Translations under genes and position numbers: made by a program
Virus record (IMG/VR): IMGVR_UViG_3300008448_000001
Location: 1 to 64,000 of that record
DNA length: 64,000 nt
Reading direction: 5' to 3' (one strand)
Shown here: piece by piece, positions 38,049-47,240 of the stretch
Layout of the letters: each line of letters starts with the position of its first letter
Position numbering within the stretch: position 1 is the first letter of the stretch
The notes under the pieces: generated by a model
What the model was told of the DNA's origin: nothing
The model's database searches: none
The model's input: only the letters and a program-made list of their open reading frames with translations

Positions 38049-38456
38049 TTGATGACAAAGTTGATTTCATTGCAGTCGATTTTCAACAAAGCGTGGCGGA
38101 ATTTTGTTATGGACGGGAAACCTCCGGCGTATGAAAACGGTCATTGCTACTACATTATGCCCGACGGTCGTCGTTGTGCCATAGGCCTTTCGCTTCCTCC
38201 GGACATCCTGGTGGATGTAGCGAAAGTGGAAATGTCGTTCTCCGAGGTGGTTGCGCGTTACCCGGATATTTTTGGGCCTTGCGTGCTGACATTGTCGGGA
38301 GATCAACAAGATATTTTTCAAGCCATGTTGCACGACGACTTGGTTTCTTTGTTTACCGACGGTTGGAAAAGTGGTGTTTCTCTTCGGAACGAGTACATCG
38401 GTACCGCAGAACGATTTGGCCTTAGCATACCCAGGAAAAAACATGAAAGATCTTGA
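38049..38456 (+). CDS. hypothetical protein (paralog of the 36972-37748 C-terminal domain)
   Basis: AAGGAG RBS; shared motifs. Confidence 0.75.
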   Translation: MMTKLISLQSIFNKAWRNFVMDGKPPAYENGHCYYIMPDGRRCAIGLSLPPDILVDVAKVEMSFSEVVARYPDIFGPCVLTLSGDQQDIFQAMLHDDLVSLFTDGWKSGVSLRNEYIGTAERFGLSIPRKKHERS

Positions 38457-38586
38457 GAAGTTGGACAGGGAGCTCGAGCAGCGGGATATTGCCAATTCGC
38501 CCTCTTGGCTTGACATTTCTGTTTTTTGCTTGAACCTTTTTACGTTCTGCGTGGTGTGTTTTATTCTTTACCGACTTTTATGGTGA
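38443..38586 (+). CDS. small membrane protein
   Basis: C-terminal hydrophobic helix. Confidence 0.5.
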   Translation: MKDLEKLDRELEQRDIANSPSWLDISVFCLNLFTFCVVCFILYRLLW

Positions 38587-38590
38587 CCGC

Positions 38591-38902
38591 ATGACAGTGA
38601 AAGCGTTGACGAGTACTATCGGCTCCAAGCTAGAGGAGCAGCAAAAACTTTTAAAACAGCTTGCTATGTGGGCTGACGTCAAATCGCAAGGCATTGACTG
38701 CGAAACGGTAAAAAGCTTTGGATTCAAAGAATCGTACGTCACTTCCGCAGAGCGGATTCTTCTCCGAAGGCAGCAACCAGGTTGGATGCTGTTTTCAAGC
38801 CTCTTACACCGTTATGGTGAAGAGCACTTTAACTACGTTCGATTGAAAGACGATCGAATCGTGGCTCTTAAAACCGCAATTAAAAGACCTGAACACAGGT
38901 AG
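38591..38902 (+). CDS. hypothetical protein
   Basis: 103 aa ORF. Confidence 0.6.
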   Translation: MTVKALTSTIGSKLEEQQKLLKQLAMWADVKSQGIDCETVKSFGFKESYVTSAERILLRRQQPGWMLFSSLLHRYGEEHFNYVRLKDDRIVALKTAIKRPEHR

Positions 38903-38915
38903 AAAGAAACTATTC

Positions 38916-39485
38916 ATGGGTTGGATTATCGAAAGTACGGGACTTGTTGTTGATGGTAACACGCTTAAGAGAATGGCTGCCGCAGGTACTATTGATCGGA
39001 ACACGATGATACGGTCGAAGTCTAAAAACCGATCGGTTCGTGCGGGCGATATCTCAAGCCTTGTCTGGCCAGACGAGGGCACGGATGTTTTCGCGGATTT
39101 TCCGCCAATACAAAGTCCCCCGTCGTACTTTAGTTCCGAGACGACTGCCTTCCAAGCGGATTCTTCTGCGTTCACCGAAGAAGCTGCGACACCGACGCAG
39201 CGTGCGACCGGGATTCTCGACTTGGCCTTCGAGGTTCCCATCACGCCGGTGCTCGCCTCGCTGATCTGGTTTTTGTGGCTGGTAGGCGGTTCGTTGGTTT
39301 GCGTGTTGGCCGTTGTCTTCCACCTGTTGAACCTGAAGAACAACCCGGAAGGTGCGGCGGCCAGGTCGATAGGAATGGCGGTCGCCAGCTACATCCTCAC
39401 GACGATTCTGCTTCGAGTCGTCTTGGAGTGTGTGGTCGTGTTTTTTAAGATTGCAGAACACCTGCGTTCGATTGCCAGAAAATAA
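38916..39485 (+). CDS. GYF_2-like plus DUF4282 membrane protein
   Basis: LKRMAAAGTIDRNTMI N-terminus; DLAFEVPITP...two TM helices...RVVLECVVVFFKIAEHLRSI. Confidence 0.75.
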   Translation: MGWIIESTGLVVDGNTLKRMAAAGTIDRNTMIRSKSKNRSVRAGDISSLVWPDEGTDVFADFPPIQSPPSYFSSETTAFQADSSAFTEEAATPTQRATGILDLAFEVPITPVLASLIWFLWLVGGSLVCVLAVVFHLLNLKNNPEGAAARSIGMAVASYILTTILLRVVLECVVVFFKIAEHLRSIARK

Positions 39486-39499
39486 CGAAAGGGCGACTT

Positions 39500-39817
39500 G
39501 TGACCAGCAGCATAAACAAAATTCTTGCTTTGCCGTGCAACAAAGGGTACTCCGTGTGGGGGGCCCAAATGGGGCGACGAGATCAGCAGCAGGGTTCGGC
39601 GGAACGGTTACACTTGCAGCGTGTGTCGATCTCGCAAGGTTACGACACGGGCGGGGCATACTGGGGCCTCGGTGAGCAGCTCTGGTGTGCTTTTTCTCCG
39701 GATAGCACAGAAAACACGGAGCCTGTTCGTGTTTTTGTGCGTGCCGGTTCAAGGGAAAAGGCAAAGGAACTGGTCCTGGAGCTTTTACCTGCCGGCGATT
39801 GGCGGTTTTTTAAATGA
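39500..39817 (+). CDS. conserved phage hypothetical protein
   Basis: GAQMGR ... GYDTGGAYWG ... FVRAGSRE motif. Confidence 0.7.
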   Translation: MTSSINKILALPCNKGYSVWGAQMGRRDQQQGSAERLHLQRVSISQGYDTGGAYWGLGEQLWCAFSPDSTENTEPVRVFVRAGSREKAKELVLELLPAGDWRFFK

Positions 39818-39860
39818 GCGAGTTGCAAGGTAAGCCGCCTGTCAAAACGAAGGAGGTGGA

Positions 39861-40136
39861 TTGGCCGTGGTTAAAAAATCGACGTTGATTCTTCGTTCGT
39901 TAGGCTTGTCTGACAATGATAGGCGGCTTCCGGTTCGAAAGATGGAAGACAGGTTATTCAAAGACGCAAGCGACCGTCTTTGGGTTTTGACGTATTTGGA
40001 AGGTGCTGTGCAGCTCCGGGAAAGTCTGTCCGGAGAGCAAAAAAAAGCAACGCATCTTTCCGACTTGGTTGTTTTCTACAGCGAGCACGAGTTCGATCTC
40101 TACTTGAAAAAGATAAGTGAAGACGAGCTCAGCTAG
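39861..40136 (+). CDS. hypothetical protein
   Basis: AGGAGG RBS. Confidence 0.6.
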   Translation: MAVVKKSTLILRSLGLSDNDRRLPVRKMEDRLFKDASDRLWVLTYLEGAVQLRESLSGEQKKATHLSDLVVFYSEHEFDLYLKKISEDELS

Positions 40137-40141
40137 AAAGG

Positions 40142-40525
40142 TTGATTGTGTCTCATCCTTATCACCACGCCTTGTCTTCAGTGAAGAAATGGGGCGTCTT
40201 GCCGGAAGACTATTTGGCGATACACAGTTGGTTTGACGAAAGTAAGTCCGCATACGCGGACATTCGCCACCGTGCCCTTCGGCATCATTCCGAGGGCATA
40301 TTTGAATGCGAGCAGGAGTTTGGCGTGACTCTCACTAATTCCAGCGGCAGGGTAGTTCCGGTTCGAGCTATTGGCGAACAACACGTCAACGAGGACTGCG
40401 GATTCATACCTTCCATGAAAGATTGGTTGCAGCATATAGCCTTGCAGCCTTGGATGTCGCGTGTTGGGGTTAAGCTTTCTGTGACTTTGCAATTAGAAGG
40501 GGAAAAAGAAAATGTCAGAGGTTAA
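40142..40525 (+). CDS. DUF6915-like protein
   Basis: HPYHHALSS.KKWG...IH.WFDESK...RHRALRHHSEGIF...IGEQHV.ED. Confidence 0.8.
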   Translation: MIVSHPYHHALSSVKKWGVLPEDYLAIHSWFDESKSAYADIRHRALRHHSEGIFECEQEFGVTLTNSSGRVVPVRAIGEQHVNEDCGFIPSMKDWLQHIALQPWMSRVGVKLSVTLQLEGEKENVRG

Positions 40526-40883
40526 ACCGTTAGACAAAGATATTTACAATCGCGCAAAAGCTGCCGGGATAACGTCAATCCTTTTGATGTTTGAAGGCGG
40601 CAGCGACGAGGGTTTTTTGCAGGTAGACGCCGAGTACGCCGATGCCGAAAAACCGGACAATTCTGCGGTGGAAAACGGGCGCCACGAGTCGTTTTTAGAC
40701 GATCTTTACGAGTGGGCGGAAGAGGCCTATGCCTTTGATGGCAATGGAGACGGTAGTGGTCCGTACGGTTTTGACGTCACGTACAACCTGGAAAACGGCT
40801 TAGTTTCCATGGAAACATGGGAGACAGGTGAAGTTTACGACGCTGCGATTGTCTCGGATCTTGCGATTAACGAAGAGGATTAA
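40512..40883 (+). CDS. DUF6878-like acidic protein
   Basis: GI..I...FEGGSDEG motif; adjacent to the DUF6915-like gene. Confidence 0.6.
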   Translation: MSEVKPLDKDIYNRAKAAGITSILLMFEGGSDEGFLQVDAEYADAEKPDNSAVENGRHESFLDDLYEWAEEAYAFDGNGDGSGPYGFDVTYNLENGLVSMETWETGEVYDAAIVSDLAINEED

Positions 40884-41117
40884 ATGGCCAGAAAAGCAAA
40901 AACGATCGTGCATGTCAACCAGCACAAGATTCGCGCTAACCTGAAGAAGTGTGTCAACGAACCGGTTATAACCGTCAAGCATCGCGGCACCAATGTTTAT
41001 GCGCACGAGGTGCGAGTTGATGGGCCGTGCGTGCTCAAGTATTCTCCGGACAATCCGCTCAGTTGCGGGGCTCGTGTGTGGATCGAAACCACTGCTACCG
41101 TAACTGTCGTACGCTAG
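40884..41117 (+). CDS. conserved phage hypothetical protein
   Basis: HVNQHKIRAN...PVITVK...PLSCGARVWIET. Confidence 0.8.
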   Translation: MARKAKTIVHVNQHKIRANLKKCVNEPVITVKHRGTNVYAHEVRVDGPCVLKYSPDNPLSCGARVWIETTATVTVVR

Positions 41118-41171
41118 CGGACAGGCTGTTTCACTTTCCAAACAATTTTTCACGTGAAGGGTTAACATAGA

Positions 41172-41447
41172 ATGCTTAACGAAATACAGTCCAAACTGGC
41201 CGAACTGCGGACGGAGGCAAAGCGGCTTTCTAGGGCACAGAACATCCTTTACAACTGTCACTGCTACGACATTTCGGCGAATACGCAGAGCGGGGACGTT
41301 AGCCTGAGTTTCGTCTTTAAGGACAAAAATATTCAGGCGAAAATCCAAGAGGTCCTGAATGCGCAAATTGATGAAATCTTGGACCGTATCAACTCGATCG
41401 AGTCACGTCTCAACACTGCTCTTGCTGGCTTCAAGGTGGACGAATGA
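41172..41447 (+). CDS. hypothetical coiled-coil protein
   Basis: ORF in + strand run. Confidence 0.6.
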   Translation: MLNEIQSKLAELRTEAKRLSRAQNILYNCHCYDISANTQSGDVSLSFVFKDKNIQAKIQEVLNAQIDEILDRINSIESRLNTALAGFKVDE

Positions 41448-41656
41448 CCGAAACGATTGAAGTCAAGGTAAAGGTCACGTTGCTGAAAAAGGTTGACGGC
41501 GAGTCCGACGTGGTGCGTGAAGTGGTACAGGCGGTAATAGACGGCGTCAATCATCCGGAGATAAAAGAGGTTGAGCTTGTTGATTTCTGCGCGGGAGATT
41601 TCAAGTCCCCGTTCAAGCCGCAAAAGACGCCGTCTGCGTCGTTTGAACTATTTTAA
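41444..41656 (+). CDS. hypothetical protein
   Basis: ATGA overlap. Confidence 0.6.
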   Translation: MTETIEVKVKVTLLKKVDGESDVVREVVQAVIDGVNHPEIKEVELVDFCAGDFKSPFKPQKTPSASFELF

Positions 41657-41673
41657 CTTTGAAAGGAAAACAA

Positions 41674-42246
41674 ATGGCCACTCGAGCTACTTATTGCTTT
41701 GAGCCCTCCTCGAACAGCCCCAGACGACGGAAACATTTTGTTTACAGCCACCACGACGGTTATCCGGAGGGTGCGGCTGTTTACTTTTACGATGCGCTGC
41801 AGCACGACGGCAAAGGCAACTTTGCCACAGTTTTCATTAAGGCAAACCACCATGCGGAGTTGACGGACAGCCACGAACACCATAGCGATACCGAGTACCG
41901 GTACGATATTACGGGCGAAGGCCCGGAGGCAAAGATTGTAGCCCGGCGACTTTTGGATTCAAAAGTGGTTTTCTGTGGTTCGTTGCATGAATTTATCAAC
42001 TGTAATTCAAGGGATATCCCAGGCTTTACGCCTTTCAAAGAGATAAAACGTCCCCTTTATCCGCCGCAATTCGTGACGGAGGCCATGGCGAAAAAGTTAC
42101 TTTCGGTGCCGGTTTCCTACTTGTTTTGCACGGCAAAAACCGGCAGGCGGTCAGCCAATTGGCAAGATTGCCTCGCAGATGTCAATGCAATTTTGAAGGT
42201 CTTCCCGGAGCTGACGCCGAATAATTTTTCGGAGTTGACTGCATGA
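41674..42246 (+). CDS. conserved phage protein (MxTR...YxHxDGYP family)
   Basis: MATRA ... YSHHDGYPEG ... HSDTEYRY. Confidence 0.75.
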   Translation: MATRATYCFEPSSNSPRRRKHFVYSHHDGYPEGAAVYFYDALQHDGKGNFATVFIKANHHAELTDSHEHHSDTEYRYDITGEGPEAKIVARRLLDSKVVFCGSLHEFINCNSRDIPGFTPFKEIKRPLYPPQFVTEAMAKKLLSVPVSYLFCTAKTGRRSANWQDCLADVNAILKVFPELTPNNFSELTA

Positions 42247-42488
42247 CAGCAAAAGATTTAACGACGACGTACGAATTCATTGATTGGATAGGCGAAAAGA
42301 ACGTGGTAACAATGAAAGGCGAAATCATATTGTCGTGCCCGGAACACCACATCTACATCGCACAGCTAGCCAGGCGGGCGTTTCGTGTCCATTACGGGCT
42401 CCAGCATTCGTTCCACGGTACGCTTGAAAACGCAACCGTAGAATTTGGCAATTGCTTTCTGCAAGCAAATGCTGCAATCACTGATTAA
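42243..42488 (+). CDS. hypothetical protein
   Basis: ATGA overlap. Confidence 0.6.
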   Translation: MTAKDLTTTYEFIDWIGEKNVVTMKGEIILSCPEHHIYIAQLARRAFRVHYGLQHSFHGTLENATVEFGNCFLQANAAITD

Positions 42489-42550
42489 CTCGCATATCGC
42501 CTCACGTGGGCGGTCTCTTTCAAACAACAGTAGTACAAGGGTATTTCAAC

Positions 42551-43303
42551 GTGGCTGATAAATATTCTGGAACGATTCGCATTGGCGGTAGCGTCACCGA
42601 GGAGGAACTTGAAAAAATTCAAGGTTTGTTTGAACAGTGCTTAGATTTCTTGTCGGATGGTGAGTTGCGTGAGAACGGAACGGGTGATTTTGTCGAATGC
42701 GAAGAAAACGCCTTCAAGAAAGTAATTGCTTTTTGCAACCGACAAAATATCGCGCTGTCTTTAGTCTGGCACAAAAAGCGAGGGGCAGACAGCGTCGTGG
42801 AGTACTGGTTAGCCGGTAGCCACAAGGAGTATCTTGCTAACTGCGACGGCGATGTTGTGGTCAAGCTTTCCGATCTGGAATCGCACACTGATACTTCGGT
42901 TGCAGATTTCATCGAAGAGCTTGAGGTTCCTGTTTTCCCGCCGTTCGAACTTGTCAAAACCGACAAAAGCGAGCCGCAAGGCTTCGATACTGCGCATCTT
43001 AGTGGTGACGCACTTGTGGCGGCTAAGGCGGTGTTGAAGGCTCTTGGGCCCAATCCGTGCGGCAGCGGAGTTAGAGCTTTTTGGACGCCGGACGAATGGA
43101 TTGCTCGCAACGAGAAATTTGGCACGGACTCCATTCTTATTTTGTGCCACGACGGAGGCGACCTCGCCGTAATGTGTAATTGGGACTACGGTCAGTACGA
43201 ACTTTTTCAAAAGCTTGAGAAAAGGCTCAAAAAACACGGATACTACTGCGTGCAGCAAACTAGCTGGTACTCCGCGGTGTACCGTATACCGACAAGCAGC
43301 TAA
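42551..43303 (+). CDS. hypothetical two-domain protein
   Basis: long ORF; start GTG 42551 uncertain. Confidence 0.65.
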   Translation: MADKYSGTIRIGGSVTEEELEKIQGLFEQCLDFLSDGELRENGTGDFVECEENAFKKVIAFCNRQNIALSLVWHKKRGADSVVEYWLAGSHKEYLANCDGDVVVKLSDLESHTDTSVADFIEELEVPVFPPFELVKTDKSEPQGFDTAHLSGDALVAAKAVLKALGPNPCGSGVRAFWTPDEWIARNEKFGTDSILILCHDGGDLAVMCNWDYGQYELFQKLEKRLKKHGYYCVQQTSWYSAVYRIPTSS

Positions 43304-43313
43304 CACGGTTTTG

Positions 43314-43363
43314 GGGCTTGAACACGAGGGCACCGGTTCGCCGGTGCCCGACTGTTCGAGTCT
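43314..43363 (+). other. 50-nt intergenic stem-loop (9-bp upper stem, UUCG loop, 3x3 internal loop, 11-bp lower stem)
   Basis: GGGCACCGG-TTCG-CCGGTGCCC flanked by GGGCTTGAACA / TGTTCGAGTCT. Confidence 0.75.
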
Positions 43364-43411
43364 GATTGGCAGAACTTGATGTTTTCTTTAGCGTAACAGG
43401 AGATTTGCAGC

Positions 43412-43642
43412 ATGTCGGAAGACGTGAACGAGAAATTGAAAAGACTGTTGGCGGCGGTGGACGTGCTTTTGCTGAACGCTGTGGATTTAGACGAGTGTTT
43501 TGTTGACGACGACAACGACGACGAGGACGACGACTACCCGGAAGACGAAGACGGGATACGTTGGTATCACGACTGGTTCGAGCTTAAAGAAGCTCGGGAT
43601 CAGTTTAAAGACAACACTGGAGTTCAAACACAAAGGGGTTAA
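43412..43642 (+). CDS. acidic hypothetical protein
   Basis: AGGAG RBS. Confidence 0.6.
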   Translation: MSEDVNEKLKRLLAAVDVLLLNAVDLDECFVDDDNDDEDDDYPEDEDGIRWYHDWFELKEARDQFKDNTGVQTQRG

Positions 43643-43643
43643 A

Positions 43644-43712
43644 ATGTGCGCTTGCGCTCAACCAAACATTAACGGGCATTATGGCTATCGTTGGCAACCT
43701 AAAGACGAGTAA
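43644..43712 (+). pseudogene. probable truncated gene (22 aa) ending inside the cassette repeat
   Basis: AAAGGGG then ATG; MCACAQPNINGHYGYRWQPKDE, stop TAA supplied by the repeat. Confidence 0.4.
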
Positions 43713-43754
43713 CTGATACCAACAAATGAGGAGTAAAATATTCCCTTTTCATTC

Positions 43755-44105
43755 ATGGAGAAAATTATGATTCGAGCAGAAGCGTGGAGCGATTGTCAAC
43801 AATTTAGGATCGAATTCGATGCAACTTTGTGGGCAGAGCAAGCCAGTGACAAAGCCTTAATTGATTTAGGCCAATGTGAATGTCGTGGGGATTATCCTGC
43901 CGATGATGTCGTTATGTTCATGGCTGATCACGATGAAAAGGCCGCAAGTCTATTTGAATTTATTCAGATAGTACAAACTCAACCATACAACGGCGACACT
44001 AACGGCTTTGAATGTGCAGTTGATGAAGATGATCTTCGTAAATGGCTGCAAGAGCATAAACCTCATCTTGTGGAACAAGTGTTTTCCGGGCTGTATTACG
44101 AGTAA
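43755..44105 (+). CDS. hypothetical protein (cassette 1)
   Basis: 116 aa; stop codon inside repeat 2. Confidence 0.7.
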   Translation: MEKIMIRAEAWSDCQQFRIEFDATLWAEQASDKALIDLGQCECRGDYPADDVVMFMADHDEKAASLFEFIQIVQTQPYNGDTNGFECAVDEDDLRKWLQEHKPHLVEQVFSGLYYE

Positions 44106-44145
44106 CTGATACCAACAATAAGGGCATCACTCGTTGGAGATTTTT

Positions 44146-44439
44146 ATGAAATATGAACAAGTTTTGTTGGTTGATGGTGTTGTCGCTGTCGAAATGGAAA
44201 GAATCGTTCAGAATCCTGATTCAAGCGTCAAGGGCGACAGCGTTGAATTTGATGAAGAAGTTGTATTTGAAAATGGGACTCGTATGGCAATTCAGGTTTG
44301 TGCCGGCGGAAATCCCACCGCAGAACCTTGTTGGACGCAAGGTGTTTTGTTTGCACCTAATGGAACTGAATTAGGATGTACTGATGTAGGTGAGTCGTTT
44401 CTCGGCGAATATCATATTGCTGATGGCGATGATGAATAA
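44146..44439 (+). CDS. hypothetical protein (cassette 2a)
   Basis: GGAG RBS. Confidence 0.7.
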   Translation: MKYEQVLLVDGVVAVEMERIVQNPDSSVKGDSVEFDEEVVFENGTRMAIQVCAGGNPTAEPCWTQGVLFAPNGTELGCTDVGESFLGEYHIADGDDE

Positions 44440-44463
44440 CATCCCCCTTTTTTATGGAGTTCT

Positions 44464-44793
44464 ATGCTGAAACCGTATGTAATTCAAAATCAAAACGGCA
44501 CTGAGTGTTGGTCAAATCATGATGGGTGGGTTGACATAACATCAGCCACCCGATTCAGTGAACAAGAAAGACTCACAGTAAATCTTCCAATGTATGGCAG
44601 ATGGACTACACTGTGGGAAGTCAACAGTATTCAATTTGCTCGATTCATTGCGGAGTGTGAGGCTTGTGGAGTTTTCACCGACGAAGCTCGTCTTGAGGAA
44701 GTAGCTGAATCAATGGATCTGGACATTGATGAGGTTTTTGAACTTGTCAGTCGGGCACAAGAAAGTTGGGACGATTACAAAGCAAGTATCTGA
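44464..44793 (+). CDS. hypothetical protein (cassette 2b)
   Basis: GGAG RBS; stop TGA inside repeat 3. Confidence 0.7.
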   Translation: MLKPYVIQNQNGTECWSNHDGWVDITSATRFSEQERLTVNLPMYGRWTTLWEVNSIQFARFIAECEACGVFTDEARLEEVAESMDLDIDEVFELVSRAQESWDDYKASI

Positions 44794-44957
44794 TACCAAC
44801 AAGTGAAGCATCACTTTTCGAATCTTGCTTTGTGCCGTTCAGGCATTGTGGATTGTGTGGGCGGCGGCGCCGTCATTGAAAGATGGACAGCTTACAGTAT
44901 CCCTGAACTCAAAGAACTATTTAAGCTAGCTAAAAAGCAGCAAGAAAGGTGTCAAGC

Positions 44958-45503
44958 ATGAAACAAGTACCTGTGGCAAAAAGAATGCGTAAAGCGCTTC
45001 AAGCCCTTTACGGGAAACGCGAAGACCTTGATACGATGGTCACGGACGCATTGGCGGACTTACGGCACCTGTGCGACGTACACTCTATTGACTTCTACAA
45101 TTGCGATCGGATCGCGTACTCTCATTACGTGGTGGAATTGAAAGACAAGGAGCGACTAAAGCAAAAAAATGCGGTGGAGTCGCATGAGCTTTCGTCCGCA
45201 GAGGCAAAACATAAATTGCACGAAAAAATCGAAGAACGATTGTCGTTTCATAGCGAGGCGAGCGGCGAGAACCCGGACGTGCTTTCCGCTTCTTGTTTGT
45301 ACGTCAGCCCGATAAGGGCAGACCTGCACATCTTCACAGTAGAGGAGTTTCGCGAGTCATGCAAAAACAAGTCTCTTATTGACGCGGACGGTTGGGGGCA
45401 CCCTGCCAAAGCCAACAAACAAGACCGGTCGATCCGGATCGTTCCATCGAAATTAGATCGAATTCCGAGCGATGCTACGCATATTGTCTGGTACAACCGC
45501 TAG
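44958..45503 (+). CDS. hypothetical two-module protein
   Basis: DALADLRHLCD motif; C-terminal FTVEEF...DGWG...THIVWYNR motif. Confidence 0.7.
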   Translation: MKQVPVAKRMRKALQALYGKREDLDTMVTDALADLRHLCDVHSIDFYNCDRIAYSHYVVELKDKERLKQKNAVESHELSSAEAKHKLHEKIEERLSFHSEASGENPDVLSASCLYVSPIRADLHIFTVEEFRESCKNKSLIDADGWGHPAKANKQDRSIRIVPSKLDRIPSDATHIVWYNR

Positions 45504-45572
45504 CTTCGGTACCGTGCCGAACGTTGCAAGATTTTGAGTACGATCATTAGCTTTTTTTAAGGATATTTTGAC

Positions 45573-46130
45573 ATGACAACCTGGCCAAAAATTTGTTTAT
45601 ACGCTGCCGTTGAACACTGGCTCGCTTCGCCGACCGTAGGACGGCTCATCGAGCAAGCCCTGCAAAATGCGGGGGCGACCCCCTTGGAAATCCAGGAGAT
45701 TTCCGGGGACGACTTCGCCGATTGCGTTGAGAATTTCCAGTGCGATGTTTATTCGCATTTGAACGACTACGGCGGGGATGTCGAGTTCGTGCGTCATCCG
45801 CAAACACACGGAATCGGGGTCATCTACTACTACCCCATACCAGCGGACAAGCAGTTCGATCCCCAAATCGTCGTTAAGGCCGTTGACGAAGCACTGGAAT
45901 CGTCGCAACTCGCCGCCCTGCCTTTCTTCACGCAGCACGCTAAGCGGTTGCTGGCGGGGCTGCGAGAAGCCAAAGCCGCCAAGGTCGCTGACATCACTGA
46001 AACTAGCCTACGTTTGCTTCGAGAGGCCGTTCAACTGCTCCTAGACCTCAAAGCAGACCCAAGCGTCCGATTTCAGGGCCCGCACATCCTAAAGATCAGT
46101 GACTTCTTGGCGAAGGTCGTCAAGTCGTAA
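45573..46130 (+). CDS. hypothetical protein
   Basis: 185 aa; AAGGA upstream. Confidence 0.65.
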   Translation: MTTWPKICLYAAVEHWLASPTVGRLIEQALQNAGATPLEIQEISGDDFADCVENFQCDVYSHLNDYGGDVEFVRHPQTHGIGVIYYYPIPADKQFDPQIVVKAVDEALESSQLAALPFFTQHAKRLLAGLREAKAAKVADITETSLRLLREAVQLLLDLKADPSVRFQGPHILKISDFLAKVVKS

Positions 46131-46212
46131 CGTCGTAACGTACAACCACTAGCCGATGGAGACGGATCAGGCTTGGGATAAGTCAACATCAAAACCAAAC
46201 AAGAGGAATTAT

Positions 46213-46641
46213 ATGAAAACAACATTCTCAATCACTAGCGTAGATTCACACAGAATCAGCTTTTGTATTGGCGAGGATGCTGGTGGTTATTCTTGTGTTC
46301 GGGTTCCAGGAATCCAACCCGGTTATATTTCTACTGGTCGTTCTGTGCAACCCGGAACAGAAATTAAAGTCTGGTGCTTTGAATACGAGCCGATGCCGTG
46401 GTATGGAGTCGTCACCGATCAAGACTTAATCAATAAGATTGTAAAACAAGACAAAGACGATTGGATGCCAACATTGATTAAGTCAGCATTGCAAATTGCT
46501 GCCGAAGCAGACCAACTTTTGTACTTGGTTCAAAAGACGGTCGAAATAGCAGAAAAGGCCGCTTACCTCAAAGGTCGAACTGATCACGCGCAAGAAATCG
46601 TCAAGAGTTTGGGACTTGAACAATACCTAGTTCGATTCTAA
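46213..46641 (+). CDS. hypothetical protein
   Basis: AGAGGA RBS. Confidence 0.65.
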   Translation: MKTTFSITSVDSHRISFCIGEDAGGYSCVRVPGIQPGYISTGRSVQPGTEIKVWCFEYEPMPWYGVVTDQDLINKIVKQDKDDWMPTLIKSALQIAAEADQLLYLVQKTVEIAEKAAYLKGRTDHAQEIVKSLGLEQYLVRF

Positions 46642-46770
46642 CACCCGCAAAATCGTTGATTTATTGGTCAAGGTGGTCAAGAAATAACGCGCAACCAGAT
46701 CTGACCCGTTGCCATCGGCAACTGGTCTCGCTTGGGTTTTCGGTTTAAGTTTTTTTTGGAGGTTTTGAAT

Positions 46771-47082
46771 ATGGCGGCTAACAGCAACGACGATTGTGGG
46801 GACGAAAATGAAGTGTGCATCGACTGCGGAAGCGAACACATTGAAGAGGGCACATGCGTAGATTGCCAGACCAAGGACTTTGCGGAAACACACGACGAGA
46901 CCCACGAAGAGGCCCGAAGGTTTGCGTTTGCGACTGATTCGGAGTTGGGATTCATTGAGGCGGCCACGTTCGAGGCGGCTTGCGCAGTCCTTAAGACCCT
47001 TCTTCCGGATGCCGCCGTAAACAACGGAGGCTGGGGTTGGGTTCGCAACGAGGACGGCGAACTGTTTGAGATTAACTGTTAG
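46771..47082 (+). CDS. hypothetical protein with CxxC...CxxC Zn ribbon
   Basis: GGAGG RBS; CIDC, CVDC. Confidence 0.65.
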   Translation: MAANSNDDCGDENEVCIDCGSEHIEEGTCVDCQTKDFAETHDETHEEARRFAFATDSELGFIEAATFEAACAVLKTLLPDAAVNNGGWGWVRNEDGELFEINC

Positions 47083-47097
47083 GCTTCACCGTCTTTC

Positions 47098-47120
47098 GCC
47101 GGATAGGCTCTGGTTTTTTT
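47098..47120 (+). terminator. short hairpin plus T-run
   Basis: GCCGGA-TAGGC-TCTGGT then TTTTTT. Confidence 0.45.
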
Positions 47121-47240
47121 GTGTAGGTTTTTCGGTTTCAGTTTTTACTTTGGAGGTTTGATTGTGGCGGCCATTTTGCGTGGCTTAGCTGCTTCAAACA
47201 GCTTTTTATTTGTGACTGATTTTTAAAGAAGGTGCATAAC

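Larger units (their letters stand above)
43705..44802 (+). repeat. three direct repeats ACGAGTAACTGATACCAACAA bounding gene cassettes
   Basis: exact 21-mers at 43705-43725 and 44098-44118; AGTAtCTGATACCAACAA at 44785-44802. Confidence 0.9.

Noticed and set aside
43311-43375. tRNA, suggested by GTTCGAGTC resembling a T-loop
   Set aside because: No cloverleaf, D-arm or anticodon arm; the sequence folds as a single long hairpin.
43705-44802. CRISPR array interpretation of the three 21-bp repeats
   Set aside because: The intervening segments are 370-660 bp and contain whole genes, far too long for spacers.
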